Virus record (IMG/VR): IMGVR_UViG_3300009155_000035 | From: a virus | Taxonomy: Duplodnaviria > Caudoviricetes | Length of the DNA: 64,000 nucleotides | Reading direction: 5' to 3' (one strand) | Shown: in pieces, positions 37,745 to 47,173 of the stretch | Numbering within the stretch: the first letter of the stretch is position 1 | Layout of the letters: every line of letters starts with the position of its first letter | Made by a program: the position numbers and the translations under genes | The notes under the pieces: generated by a model | Seen by the model: only the letters and a program-made list of their open reading frames with translations | Database searches by the model: none | What the model was told of the DNA's origin: nothing

Positions 37745-38445
37745 AGCAAGCCATAAGCGAAGTGATGATCAAACGCAATCGTGATTTGAAATTTCAACCC
37801 CCACCTTATAACAAAAATGCCTCATTTGATTGGATACAATGGCATTCAGGTTTGCCTTGGCTCAGGCTTGATATCCCAGTTCCCGCAGACACAATCTTAA
37901 AAGAAATTGCCAAAATTGAACCGTACTTGACAGTGCACCGTGAAGAGTATTCAGAACACGCAGGCTGGAAAAGCTTTTGTATTCATGGCAAAGCTTATGA
38001 TGCCACTCGCGAAGATACGCATTATAACGATCAACGGCCTTATACTTGGACCACAGAAGCATTGCAACACATGCCAGAAACAGTTGAGTACTTTAAAAAT
38101 CATTGGCCAGGATCTGGATACAGGCGTATTCGAGTTATGTTGCTGGAGCCTGGCGGGTACATTACCATACATGCAGACGCTACTTCACCGGGCATGCGAG
38201 CAGTCAACATATCAATTACTCAACCAGAACAATGCGACTTTATCATGTCTGGGCATGGCACTGTGCCATATCAGACAGGGTCTGCCATGTGGTTAGATAC
38301 ATCTAATTTGCACGTGGTGTATAATCACAGTACCAAACCCAGATGGCATATCATAGTACATCAACAGTTTGACAACATCAAGTTCCAAGACTTGGTTGTA
38401 AACAGTTACAAAATGTTGTATAATAACATTGATGCGCCCAGATAA
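37738..38445 (+). CDS. Asp/Asn beta-hydroxylase-like 2OG-Fe(II) oxygenase
   Basis: RIRVMLLEPGGYITIHAD (HxD), LDTSNLHVVYN.S..PRWHIIV; start moved to 37738. Confidence 0.8.
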   Translation: MLKQAISEVMIKRNRDLKFQPPPYNKNASFDWIQWHSGLPWLRLDIPVPADTILKEIAKIEPYLTVHREEYSEHAGWKSFCIHGKAYDATREDTHYNDQRPYTWTTEALQHMPETVEYFKNHWPGSGYRRIRVMLLEPGGYITIHADATSPGMRAVNISITQPEQCDFIMSGHGTVPYQTGSAMWLDTSNLHVVYNHSTKPRWHIIVHQQFDNIKFQDLVVNSYKMLYNNIDAPR

Positions 38446-39559
38446 TTTTTGTTATGCACCCTGGTCCGGACTTGAGATCATGCAAAGTGGTAAGATATTG
38501 CCATGTTGTAAGTTCATGGACGAATACTATGACCGACGATACAACATAACACAAGACACAGTGGATGATTATCGTAACAGCAAGTACCTGGCCGAGATCA
38601 AACAAGAATTTTTAAATGGGCAATGGCCACGTGGTTGTGAACGTTGCAAGCTTGAAGAAGAATCACATATAAAAAGCAAACGTCAACTTGACTATGATCG
38701 TTGGCAAGACAAGTATGCAACCTATGACATCAACAGCAACGAATGTTTGTCACTGGGTATTGCATTTGGTAACACTTGCAATTTAAAATGCATCATCTGT
38801 CATCCATCTGCATCCAGCAAGTGGCAGAAAGAATATAGTGATTTATATGGTGTGACTTTTCCCATAATAGAAAGTTTCCGTAAGCCTGTTATTAATTCAA
38901 TTACAAGCCTAGCCCCCAATCTCATGCACATAGATATCTATGGTGGAGAACCATTTTTGTCCGGCATTGCAGAACATGAACAACTGCTTGACTACTACAT
39001 TGCATCAGGTCAAGCAAAAGAAATCACAATCCATTATACCACAAACGGCACACTATGGCCTGGCGAATCTTGGTTCAGTCGCTGGCAGCATTTCAAAGAG
39101 ATTGATTTGCAAATAAGCATAGATGGCATTGAAGAACGATTTGGCTATCTAAGATTCCCGGCCAAATGGAGCGACCTAGAACACAATGTACAACAATACA
39201 TAAGTCGCCAAAGTAGCAATTTTAGGCTAAGTGTGGCTCACACCGTGAGTGCATTTAATGTATACTACTTGGACGAATTTATTTCTTGGTGCCATGCCGT
39301 GGGCTTGCCAAAGCCCTGGTTAAGTCGATTACACAAACCCGAAGCCATGCGGGCCAACGTTTGGCCACGTGAAGTACGTGAAGTAATATCTCAGCACCTG
39401 CGCAAAAGCCGTTGGCCCGAAGTAAAGAACTGGGCTAGACTAATATTAGAAGATGGTCCTGACAGATTTGAGGAGTTTTGTGACCTTGTCAGCAAACATG
39501 ATCGGTATAGAAAGTTAGATTACAGGATAATTTTTCCCGAGATGGCACAGTACATATGA
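38432..39559 (+). CDS. Radical SAM protein with N-terminal SPASM/twitch-like Cys cluster
   Basis: CYAPW, PCC, CERC; NTCNLKCIIC (CxxxCxxC), GGEP, TTNG, SIDG, YLRFP..W. Confidence 0.85.
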   Translation: MRPDNFCYAPWSGLEIMQSGKILPCCKFMDEYYDRRYNITQDTVDDYRNSKYLAEIKQEFLNGQWPRGCERCKLEEESHIKSKRQLDYDRWQDKYATYDINSNECLSLGIAFGNTCNLKCIICHPSASSKWQKEYSDLYGVTFPIIESFRKPVINSITSLAPNLMHIDIYGGEPFLSGIAEHEQLLDYYIASGQAKEITIHYTTNGTLWPGESWFSRWQHFKEIDLQISIDGIEERFGYLRFPAKWSDLEHNVQQYISRQSSNFRLSVAHTVSAFNVYYLDEFISWCHAVGLPKPWLSRLHKPEAMRANVWPREVREVISQHLRKSRWPEVKNWARLILEDGPDRFEEFCDLVSKHDRYRKLDYRIIFPEMAQYI

Positions 39560-41025
39560 AGCGAGCAACATTAATTATACGTGACGAAGTCAACTTGAAG
39601 ATTGAAGGACTGGATCTTGACGCTCGCCGCACACTGGTCAATAAGTTCAAGTACGATGTTCCTTATGCACGTTATCTACCGGCAGTGAGATTGGGCAGAT
39701 GGGACGGCAAGGTCAGTTACTTCCAACTTGGCGGCAGTACCTACGTTAATTTGTTGCCAGAAATAATTCCTTTGCTTGAACAAATGAATTATGACATAGA
39801 GCTAGAGGACCAGCGAGAGTATTCAGTTACATTTGATTTCAAAGAAGTTGAAGAAAATTCTTGGTCACATAAAGTTTGGCCAAAAGGACATCCTGCAGAA
39901 GGTGCTCCTGTAATGTTACGTGATTACCAAGTATCAATTGTCAATAACTTTTTGCAAAATCCGCAATGCATCCAAGAAGTTGCCACCGGCGCCGGTAAAA
40001 CCATTATGACAGCCACGTTGAGTTCACGCATAGAACCTTACGGACGAAGCATTGTTATTGTACCCAACAAAAGCCTTGTTACACAAACAGAAAAAGATTA
40101 TGTGAATCTAGGTCTAGATGTTGGCGTGTACTATGGCGAGAGAAAAGAACACGGGCATCAGCACACTATTTGCACCTGGCAGAGTTTAAATGTATTGCTT
40201 AAAAATACCAAGTCAGGTGTGGGCAATGTTACTATACAAGACTTTATCGAAGGTGTGGTATGTATAATTGTTGACGAAGTACACATGGCCAAAGCTGATG
40301 CGCTCAAAACTTTGTTGACAGGTGTAATGAGTACCATACCTATTCGTTGGGGACTCACTGGAACAATCCCAAAAGAAAAATTTGAAAGCCAAGCACTAAT
40401 GGTAAGTCTTGGTCCAGTAATTGACCGCTTGACTGCCAACGAACTACAACAACAGGGCGTGTTGGCCAATTGCCATGTGAACATTGTTCAACTGGTTGAT
40501 CATGTAGAGTACAAAGACTATCAAAGCGAACTAAAGTATTTGTTAGAAGAGTCTGGTAGGTTGGACACAATCTCCAAGCTTGTACAGCAAGTTAATGAAA
40601 CCGGCAACACATTAGTGCTGGTAGATCGAGTAGCAGCCGGGCATGAGTTAGTTAGCCGTTTAGGTGATCGTGCAGTGTTTGTATCGGGTGCAACCAAAGC
40701 AAAGGCAAGACAAGATGAATATGATGAAGTGGCCGAGAGTACTGGAAAGATTATTGTGGCGACTTACGGTGTGGCCGCTGTGGGTATTAATATTCCAAGG
40801 ATTTTTAATCTGGTTCTTCTTGAACCCGGAAAGAGCTTTGTCCGCGTTATACAATCAATTGGACGCGGCATTAGAAAAGCAGAAGATAAAAACTTCGTAC
40901 AAATCTGGGACGTCACGTCAACGTGCAAATTCGCTAAACGTCACCTTACAAAACGCAAGCAGTTCTACAAAGAAGCCAACTATCCCTTTACGCAGGAACA
41001 GCTAGAATGGATGACACATGGGTAA
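39556..41025 (+). CDS. uvsW: SF2 DNA helicase (UvsW-like)
   Basis: LRDYQ, ATGAGKT, IVDEVH, WGLTGT, ATYGVAAVGINIP, QSIGRGIR. Confidence 0.9.
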   Translation: MKRATLIIRDEVNLKIEGLDLDARRTLVNKFKYDVPYARYLPAVRLGRWDGKVSYFQLGGSTYVNLLPEIIPLLEQMNYDIELEDQREYSVTFDFKEVEENSWSHKVWPKGHPAEGAPVMLRDYQVSIVNNFLQNPQCIQEVATGAGKTIMTATLSSRIEPYGRSIVIVPNKSLVTQTEKDYVNLGLDVGVYYGERKEHGHQHTICTWQSLNVLLKNTKSGVGNVTIQDFIEGVVCIIVDEVHMAKADALKTLLTGVMSTIPIRWGLTGTIPKEKFESQALMVSLGPVIDRLTANELQQQGVLANCHVNIVQLVDHVEYKDYQSELKYLLEESGRLDTISKLVQQVNETGNTLVLVDRVAAGHELVSRLGDRAVFVSGATKAKARQDEYDEVAESTGKIIVATYGVAAVGINIPRIFNLVLLEPGKSFVRVIQSIGRGIRKAEDKNFVQIWDVTSTCKFAKRHLTKRKQFYKEANYPFTQEQLEWMTHG

Positions 41026-41605
41026 AATTTTTCAACAAGTAAAAGAGTTCTTGCCGCCAGTTAGTGGCGATGAAGTATTTGTCGAGATCGGCAGTGATCG
41101 CTACGAAGGATCAACTGCTTACTTTGCAGAACTTGCCTTGGAACGAGGCACAGTATTACACACAGTTGACGTTATTAACGATGCTCAACAGCGACTACGT
41201 AAACTAGATGGGGTCGAGTGGCACCTTGGCACTGGCAGCGAATGGGCCAAGACAATGTATCCAACAATTAACCGACCAATCACTTGCTTGTATCTTGACA
41301 ACTTTGACTACATTTGGGAAGCATCGCCAAATCGTAAACTACGATACATCGAAGAACAAATCAAATTTTACAAAGACACATTCAATGTTGACATGAACAA
41401 TCAAAATTGTCAAATTGAACACTTCAAACAAATACAAGCATTGTATCCTTACCTAGCTGACCATTGTGTTGTGGTATGTGACGATACATACCCTGTTAAT
41501 GATTGTTGGATTGGCAAATGCGGTGCAGTGGTTATATTTTTGTTGGCCAATAGATTTTCCATTGTCAGTAGAACCGATGATTGCGGCATAATTTTAGTTA
41601 GATAA
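41018..41605 (+). CDS. Class I SAM-dependent methyltransferase-like protein
   Basis: FVEIGS motif I, TVD, CLYLD, VVVCDDT, GK. Confidence 0.65.
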   Translation: MGKIFQQVKEFLPPVSGDEVFVEIGSDRYEGSTAYFAELALERGTVLHTVDVINDAQQRLRKLDGVEWHLGTGSEWAKTMYPTINRPITCLYLDNFDYIWEASPNRKLRYIEEQIKFYKDTFNVDMNNQNCQIEHFKQIQALYPYLADHCVVVCDDTYPVNDCWIGKCGAVVIFLLANRFSIVSRTDDCGIILVR

Positions 41606-41614
41606 ACAAATAGG

Positions 41615-41643
41615 TTGACTACACTTGCACAACCATTTATAAT
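41615..41643 (+). promoter_or_regulatory. Sigma70-like promoter
   Basis: TTGACT (41615-20), 17 bp, TATAAT (41638-43), ATG at 41651. Confidence 0.7.
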
Positions 41644-41650
41644 GTAATAT

Positions 41651-42151
41651 ATGAGAATACTAACACTTGACGATACGGCATATGATTTAAACACGTTGCC
41701 AGAAGAAGTAGATGACATGCGTTTTGCTATTTTAGATAATAGCGATCCCAACGCACCAGATTACTTTTACATACCTTTGATTTTTCTTGAAAGCTTTAAT
41801 AGCCCAGCTTTGGTATTGAAAATTGGAGAGCATACAATTCGAATGCCCATGGACTGGCAAGTACTAATTGGGGAACCAGACATAGGTGACTTAGAAGTAC
41901 TGCCACTCACAGCTATCAACGATCGTGGCTTCAGAGTATTTCAGTTCAATCCGCTAAGTAGTTTTAGGCCCAGCTTTCCAGACATTGAAATCGTGGATGT
42001 GTATCACGAAGTAACATGGTATGCCCCAAAGTTAAAAAATGGACAAATGCTAGCTGTGCCACTCACTGATGGGGACACCCCAGAATGTGTCTACTTTGTC
42101 AAAGATGTAAGCCGTAATTGCGAAGTAGTCAATTATAATTTGGCCTGGTAA
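41651..42151 (+). CDS. Hypothetical protein, possible degenerate Hint-like beta fold
   Basis: 166 aa, beta-strand pattern; see finding. Confidence 0.45.
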   Translation: MRILTLDDTAYDLNTLPEEVDDMRFAILDNSDPNAPDYFYIPLIFLESFNSPALVLKIGEHTIRMPMDWQVLIGEPDIGDLEVLPLTAINDRGFRVFQFNPLSSFRPSFPDIEIVDVYHEVTWYAPKLKNGQMLAVPLTDGDTPECVYFVKDVSRNCEVVNYNLAW

Positions 42152-42153
42152 TT

Positions 42154-42363
42154 ATGGATCAATACAAAGACGACGGAACTGACCGCAAGGTAGTTGCACT
42201 TCATAAAGATAAAACAGAACAAGAATTGCATACCAAGATTAGCGAACTAGCTCGCAAAGTTGAAGAACAAGATGCTAAAATACAGCGCATGCATCGCGAC
42301 ATTGTGCGTTTGCGAGAAGCCATTAACCAAGTAGCAATTAGATCAAACCCAAATGCTCGATAA
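42154..42363 (+). CDS. Small coiled-coil hypothetical protein
   Basis: 69 aa heptad pattern; operonic. Confidence 0.5.
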   Translation: MDQYKDDGTDRKVVALHKDKTEQELHTKISELARKVEEQDAKIQRMHRDIVRLREAINQVAIRSNPNAR

Positions 42364-42793
42364 ACTACACATTCGAAATGAGATGGCAAATCTTGATCGA
42401 AAGAATCGCGAGTTCTACGACAGCTTGACTGATGAGGAACGCAAGAAGTTCAGTCCTTATCTCATGATTCGCTGGAGCAGTGCAATTGATGGAGACAGAG
42501 AACTTCAAGAGTATTATGTAAGAAGTTGCAATCACTATCTTAATCGAGACTTCTTTGCAGTCAATCGTCATCCCAAACTGCAATGGCTCATGGCAACCGC
42601 AGTAAGCCCGGATCTGGGTACGCCTTCGCACTCTTGGATAAAGCCCAAACCAAAAGAAAAAGGTGACAATGAAGTTAAGAAAAAGTTGATGTCGTTATAC
42701 CCAAACATGAAGATGGACGAGATCGAATTGCTCAGTAAGCTAGTATCTAAAAAAGATATAGCTGCCTATATGCGTGAGATGGGTGATGATTGA
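42353..42793 (+). CDS. Possible clamp-loader small subunit (gp62-like)
   Basis: FSPYLMIRW and W(I)KPK resemble the phage clamp-loader A subunit; replication context. Confidence 0.4.
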   Translation: MLDKLHIRNEMANLDRKNREFYDSLTDEERKKFSPYLMIRWSSAIDGDRELQEYYVRSCNHYLNRDFFAVNRHPKLQWLMATAVSPDLGTPSHSWIKPKPKEKGDNEVKKKLMSLYPNMKMDEIELLSKLVSKKDIAAYMREMGDD

Positions 42794-42795
42794 AC

Positions 42796-43470
42796 ATGTC
42801 TTATATTTGCCGATATTGTGACCGAGAGTTTGTTAAAGAAACCAGTTTACAAGTACATGTTTGCGAACACAAGAAGAGATATCTTGAACGTGAAGAAACA
42901 GGTGTACAAATTGGATTGCAAGCATACTTGACTTTCTATGAGATTACTCAAGGATCAGCTAAACTAAAATCCTGGGACGACTTTGTCAAGAGTCCGTACT
43001 ACAGGGCATTTGTTAAATTTGGTAGATACTGTCAAAGTATTCGCGCAATCAACATTTCACGTTTTATCGATTGGCTGCTCAAGAACAACAAAAAAATTGA
43101 CTACTGGTGTCGCGATACTGTGTATACAGAATATTTGGAAAGTTATCTCAAAGTAGAAGCAGTTACCGACGCACTGGCTAGAGCAATAGAATACAGCATT
43201 GCTTGGGCTGAGATCACAGACAGTCCGTCGCATGATTGTTTGAGATTTGGCAACGACAATGTTATTTGCCACAACATCATATCAGGTCGTATAAGCCCCT
43301 GGGTGGTGTACAATTGTGACTCGGGCATTGAGTTTTTGGGTCGTATCAATCAAGAACAACTTGCTATGATTTGGAACTTGGTAGACACAGATTTTTGGAG
43401 TAAAAAATTCCAGGATTATGTGGCCGATCAAGAATATGTCAAAGATATCTTAAAACAAGCAGGATGGTAA
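42796..43470 (+). CDS. Hypothetical protein with N-terminal C2HC/C2H2 Zn finger
   Basis: YICRYCDREFVKETSLQVHVC. Confidence 0.55.
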   Translation: MSYICRYCDREFVKETSLQVHVCEHKKRYLEREETGVQIGLQAYLTFYEITQGSAKLKSWDDFVKSPYYRAFVKFGRYCQSIRAINISRFIDWLLKNNKKIDYWCRDTVYTEYLESYLKVEAVTDALARAIEYSIAWAEITDSPSHDCLRFGNDNVICHNIISGRISPWVVYNCDSGIEFLGRINQEQLAMIWNLVDTDFWSKKFQDYVADQEYVKDILKQAGW

Positions 43471-43737
43471 ATGCCAGCTGGTGTAATAGTGTTGAGCAAA
43501 GACACCTGGGAAGACTTGGAAGATCGCCTGCGAGATGAATATGCACATACACCAAGTGTGATGCTTATTAGAAGCCGCATGAGAGAAGTACTGGGATTTA
43601 CTCCGCGGGTTCACAGTCAATGGATTGAATTCACACCAGCCAACAGCACTGTTCCTAGAATCCGTCTGATTGAAGAAGTGCATTTAGATTTTTTCAATCC
43701 AGCACAAGAAACATTTTTTAGACTAAAATATCTATGA
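43471..43737 (+). CDS. Small hypothetical protein
   Basis: 88 aa ending F.LKYL, abuts neighbours. Confidence 0.5.
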   Translation: MPAGVIVLSKDTWEDLEDRLRDEYAHTPSVMLIRSRMREVLGFTPRVHSQWIEFTPANSTVPRIRLIEEVHLDFFNPAQETFFRLKYL

Positions 43738-44723
43738 CACCAATTGATTTCATGGGCGGGTCTCATGGAAACTTCCTTGAATTTGTTTGCAACAAGTTTC
43801 TTGCCAAGGTACCTGTTGCCGCTGATATTCCGTTTAACTTATACGGCGCCAGTCATGGCAAACAATACTTGGGCAAGAAAGAATTTGTATGCGCTCACTA
43901 CTCGGTGTTTGGCGAACCAGTTCCAGCAGGCAAAGTGATATCAATACAAATTACGCAGGATGATTTACTTGCGTTACAATGTATCAGTCTACTTCGAGCC
44001 GGGGACTACGATATTAATCCAAATCAACTTGAAGTCAACACTTACAACAAGTTAAACAATCGAGACTATCGTTGGGTACTTGATAATTTGTGCAACAAAT
44101 ATTTTGATAACCAAGTAGCAGAAAGTTACCAAGCAATCGCCGACCCAAATTGGCCATGTGTTACCAGTGTTGATGAATACAATCAACTACCAGAACCAAT
44201 ACGTGTTGAATGTGAGCAGGTACACAGCCTACAATTATATCAGTTTAATTCTGAACATCCAGATTGTCCTAGATATATTTTACGAGAGTTTTTTAAATTT
44301 GGATTTGCTAATCCAGACAAGCATGGATTCATTGCTCATCAACAGTTAATGCAGTATACTAGTGAACATAGTGTTTACATATTTCCCTATTCAAGTTTTT
44401 ATGACACTGATGTTTTTGTAACCGAGGTAGTCAAGTTGTCAAACTGGATGGGATTGTCGTTTACGCCTGATGAGGAATTTGTAACTTTGCACCAAGAATT
44501 TTTAAAACGGCAAGTGTATAAAAATGTCAAACAGGATTGTGAGTCAATTGTTGAAAAAATCATGCTTGGTGAACAGTTTAGATTGCCAAGCTTGGATGTT
44601 ATTCAAGAAGCATATATTGAAGCCAGGATTGAACAGTTGACAGGAATACAGATGCCACTGAATCAACACAAGTGGTTTTTTAATTCAATAGAAATACAAA
44701 ATTTATATGAGCGCCGACGTTGA
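43734..44723 (+). CDS. Sulfotransferase-fold-like hypothetical protein with DPNWP module
   Basis: DFMGGSHGNFL N-terminal loop; FPYSSFYDTD.F...V..L...MGL tail; internal YQAIADPNWPC module. Confidence 0.4.
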   Translation: MTPIDFMGGSHGNFLEFVCNKFLAKVPVAADIPFNLYGASHGKQYLGKKEFVCAHYSVFGEPVPAGKVISIQITQDDLLALQCISLLRAGDYDINPNQLEVNTYNKLNNRDYRWVLDNLCNKYFDNQVAESYQAIADPNWPCVTSVDEYNQLPEPIRVECEQVHSLQLYQFNSEHPDCPRYILREFFKFGFANPDKHGFIAHQQLMQYTSEHSVYIFPYSSFYDTDVFVTEVVKLSNWMGLSFTPDEEFVTLHQEFLKRQVYKNVKQDCESIVEKIMLGEQFRLPSLDVIQEAYIEARIEQLTGIQMPLNQHKWFFNSIEIQNLYERRR

Positions 44724-45285
44724 CATTGATTTGCCTGACAGGGATGTTTTATTACGTTTAATAAAGCATATACCAGCAAGGTTGGAACTTGGAACATCAG
44801 TACGCAAGCATAACTCGGGTGTGTACATCACTGATATCCCACAAGACCCAGTCAATGGGTGTGCGGCATTGGATTATGAATCTGCCGAACAACGTGGTTA
44901 TTTTAAAATTGACTTGCTGAACATGAGTGTGTACAGCTTGGTCAAAGATCCAGAACACTACAGGACAATGCTTGATGCAGAGCCACCTTGGTCTCGATCA
45001 TGGACTGATAAGGCCTGGGCTTCTCAACTGGTACATGTGGGCAATTATACTGACTTGTTAGCAGAAATGAAACCTGATTCTATACCACGCATGGCAGCTT
45101 TTATTTCTATAATTAGACCAGGCAAGGCCCACTTACAGCATAAGTCTTGGCAAGAAGTTTTTGCTACAGTATGGGATGGTGACAGCAGTAAGGGTTTTAC
45201 ATTTAAAAAATCACATGCTTTGAGTTATGCTCACTTGGTTGCATTGCACATGAATTTAATCAACTCTACGGACCAAAGTAATTGA
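44707..45285 (+). CDS. Minimal DnaE (Pol III alpha, family C) catalytic fragment
   Basis: ADVDID (two catalytic Asp), KHNSGVY, GYFKIDLL (third Asp), IIRPG, FKKSHALSYA; only 192 aa. Confidence 0.8.
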   Translation: MSADVDIDLPDRDVLLRLIKHIPARLELGTSVRKHNSGVYITDIPQDPVNGCAALDYESAEQRGYFKIDLLNMSVYSLVKDPEHYRTMLDAEPPWSRSWTDKAWASQLVHVGNYTDLLAEMKPDSIPRMAAFISIIRPGKAHLQHKSWQEVFATVWDGDSSKGFTFKKSHALSYAHLVALHMNLINSTDQSN

Positions 45286-45633
45286 TCTTCTCTTGCTTTT
45301 GCGTTTGGTGATATCATTTAAGCTACAAACAGGACCATGAATAATTTCCAAGTCCTTGTTGCTAAATGTACGTAGATAAACCTTGAAATCGTCCCACTCG
45401 CCTTTAAGGAAGATGTTGATTGGGATACTACGGTTGCTCTCCCACCACCAAACATTTGCAAGTTCTAAGAACTTTTGCTTGTGTTCATTGTTTGCTATAC
45501 TACCAAAATCGTAGATAGTTGTGACTGTATTGTCTTGATTTTGTATAATACCAACGTACTCTATCCCTGCATACACGCACAGCGTTATGAACGGATAGTG
45601 TTCGCTAAGAGTACTAAACATATTTTTACCCAT
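45256..45633 (-). CDS. Hypothetical protein
   Basis: 125 aa with WWWESNRSIPINIFL; convergent overlap with the DnaE fragment. Confidence 0.6.
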   Translation of the reverse strand: MGKNMFSTLSEHYPFITLCVYAGIEYVGIIQNQDNTVTTIYDFGSIANNEHKQKFLELANVWWWESNRSIPINIFLKGEWDDFKVYLRTFSNKDLEIIHGPVCSLNDITKRKSKRRSITLVRRVD

Positions 45634-45653
45634 AAATACTCCAGAGATTCCCT

Positions 45654-46439
45654 ATGTATTCGACCACAGCCTATTTATATCAGCAAATCCAACCGGTGAT
45701 TTTGGTAGACATCACGGGAGCCTATTTTGATCGGAGATGGCAACCAGTGTACGCAAAAAACTTAACACTTAATCTGGGTGTAGACAATGTAATATTGTTC
45801 CAGTTTCAGAATCAGGATCAGAAACCTGTAAATATTACAGGTGCAACCTTCACGTTTCGCATTATCAGCCAAAATGGTCAAGACCTGCTATTCTCCAAGG
45901 AACTAGTAAGTTTAAGCAATCAACTGGGTCGAGCCAAGGTAACTATCACTGCCGAAGAATCAATGCATTTCCAGGAGCAGCCAGCAAACTGGAGTATTGA
46001 AATAAGCTCGGGTGTACTGAACCAAGCAGTATACACTGATGATAAATGCAGTGCTCGCGGCGTAATTGACATTGTCAACTCGGTGTTCCCGGCGTTTGTT
46101 GCAAGCCGGATTTTGACGATTCCAAGTCAAGCACCTGACAGTTCAATTTACTATTCCAGCACAGTGACCACTGACGGGTCTCCTTTGACAACCTTCCAGT
46201 TAGATACTGCTAACTACACAGGTACTATTGCAGTACAAGGCGCAACTGATGCAACAGCAAATACCGTCGAGTGGTACAACATTGATTTTCAGGATCTAGC
46301 AACTGGTAACACAGTTAGTGAGTTAACAGTCACTAGTTCAACCTCAAGACGTGGTATTAATGTTCAAGGATATCATCCTTATCTAAGATTAGAATTTGGC
46401 ATCAGTAATGGAAATGTAGATCTAATTAGTTACAGATGA
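45654..46439 (+). CDS. Late structural protein, BppU-N-like Ig domain
   Basis: GVDN.ILFQF.NQDQKPVNITG.TFTFRI...G.A.VTI; TAAATA at 45633-45638. Confidence 0.5.
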   Translation: MYSTTAYLYQQIQPVILVDITGAYFDRRWQPVYAKNLTLNLGVDNVILFQFQNQDQKPVNITGATFTFRIISQNGQDLLFSKELVSLSNQLGRAKVTITAEESMHFQEQPANWSIEISSGVLNQAVYTDDKCSARGVIDIVNSVFPAFVASRILTIPSQAPDSSIYYSSTVTTDGSPLTTFQLDTANYTGTIAVQGATDATANTVEWYNIDFQDLATGNTVSELTVTSSTSRRGINVQGYHPYLRLEFGISNGNVDLISYR

Positions 46440-47173
46440 AGTTTAAAAAAATTGTAGGTTTTGGGGATAGCTGGGTTTGGGGCGACGAGTTACTGGACCC
46501 AGTTTTGCTTTCTAAAGACAAAAATGCACATCCAAGTTGGATGCAAAATACTCCTTACAGAGAAAGCAATTGCTTTTTGGGATTGCTAGGCAAACATTAC
46601 AACGTCCCAGCTGAAAACTTTGGAATCCCCGGTGGAAGTTTACAAAGTACCATTTGGACTTTTCTTTGGTGGCTGCATCACGAACCCAATCCATCAGAGT
46701 GCCTGGTACTAACCGGCTTAACTGAAGGTAGTAGAATGAGTTTTTTCAATCCCAACCATCAACGCATGAACAACGACCCACCGTGGAACAAATTTGTACA
46801 CAGTGCCTGGGTACATGCCGGGGTTGAAGACGGGCCTGTTACTCGAGACTGGTCCGATATGATCAAACGTTACATGGTATTAAGTGAAAGCGATCCACTG
46901 AGCTTGTTAAATTACCAACAAGCATTGTATACATTTGATGGCATTGCTGCCAGACGAAATATACCCATGCTAATTTGGGATATAAGTCCCCCACAAGAAG
47001 AATTATCAGTACCAACAAAAATTTGGACAGGCTTTAACTTTGTACATTGGCTAAGACGCCATCCAAATGAACTAGAGTTAACATTTCCGGGCGGCCACCC
47101 GAATGAAAAAGGGCACTTAATACTCCGAGATATGTTGCAAGATGAGATTGATCGTGTTATACTATCACAGTGA
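46436..47173 (+). CDS. SGNH hydrolase-like protein
   Basis: VGFGDSWVWG, NFGIPGGS, C-terminal GGHPNEKGH. Confidence 0.7.
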   Translation: MKFKKIVGFGDSWVWGDELLDPVLLSKDKNAHPSWMQNTPYRESNCFLGLLGKHYNVPAENFGIPGGSLQSTIWTFLWWLHHEPNPSECLVLTGLTEGSRMSFFNPNHQRMNNDPPWNKFVHSAWVHAGVEDGPVTRDWSDMIKRYMVLSESDPLSLLNYQQALYTFDGIAARRNIPMLIWDISPPQEELSVPTKIWTGFNFVHWLRRHPNELELTFPGGHPNEKGHLILRDMLQDEIDRVILSQ

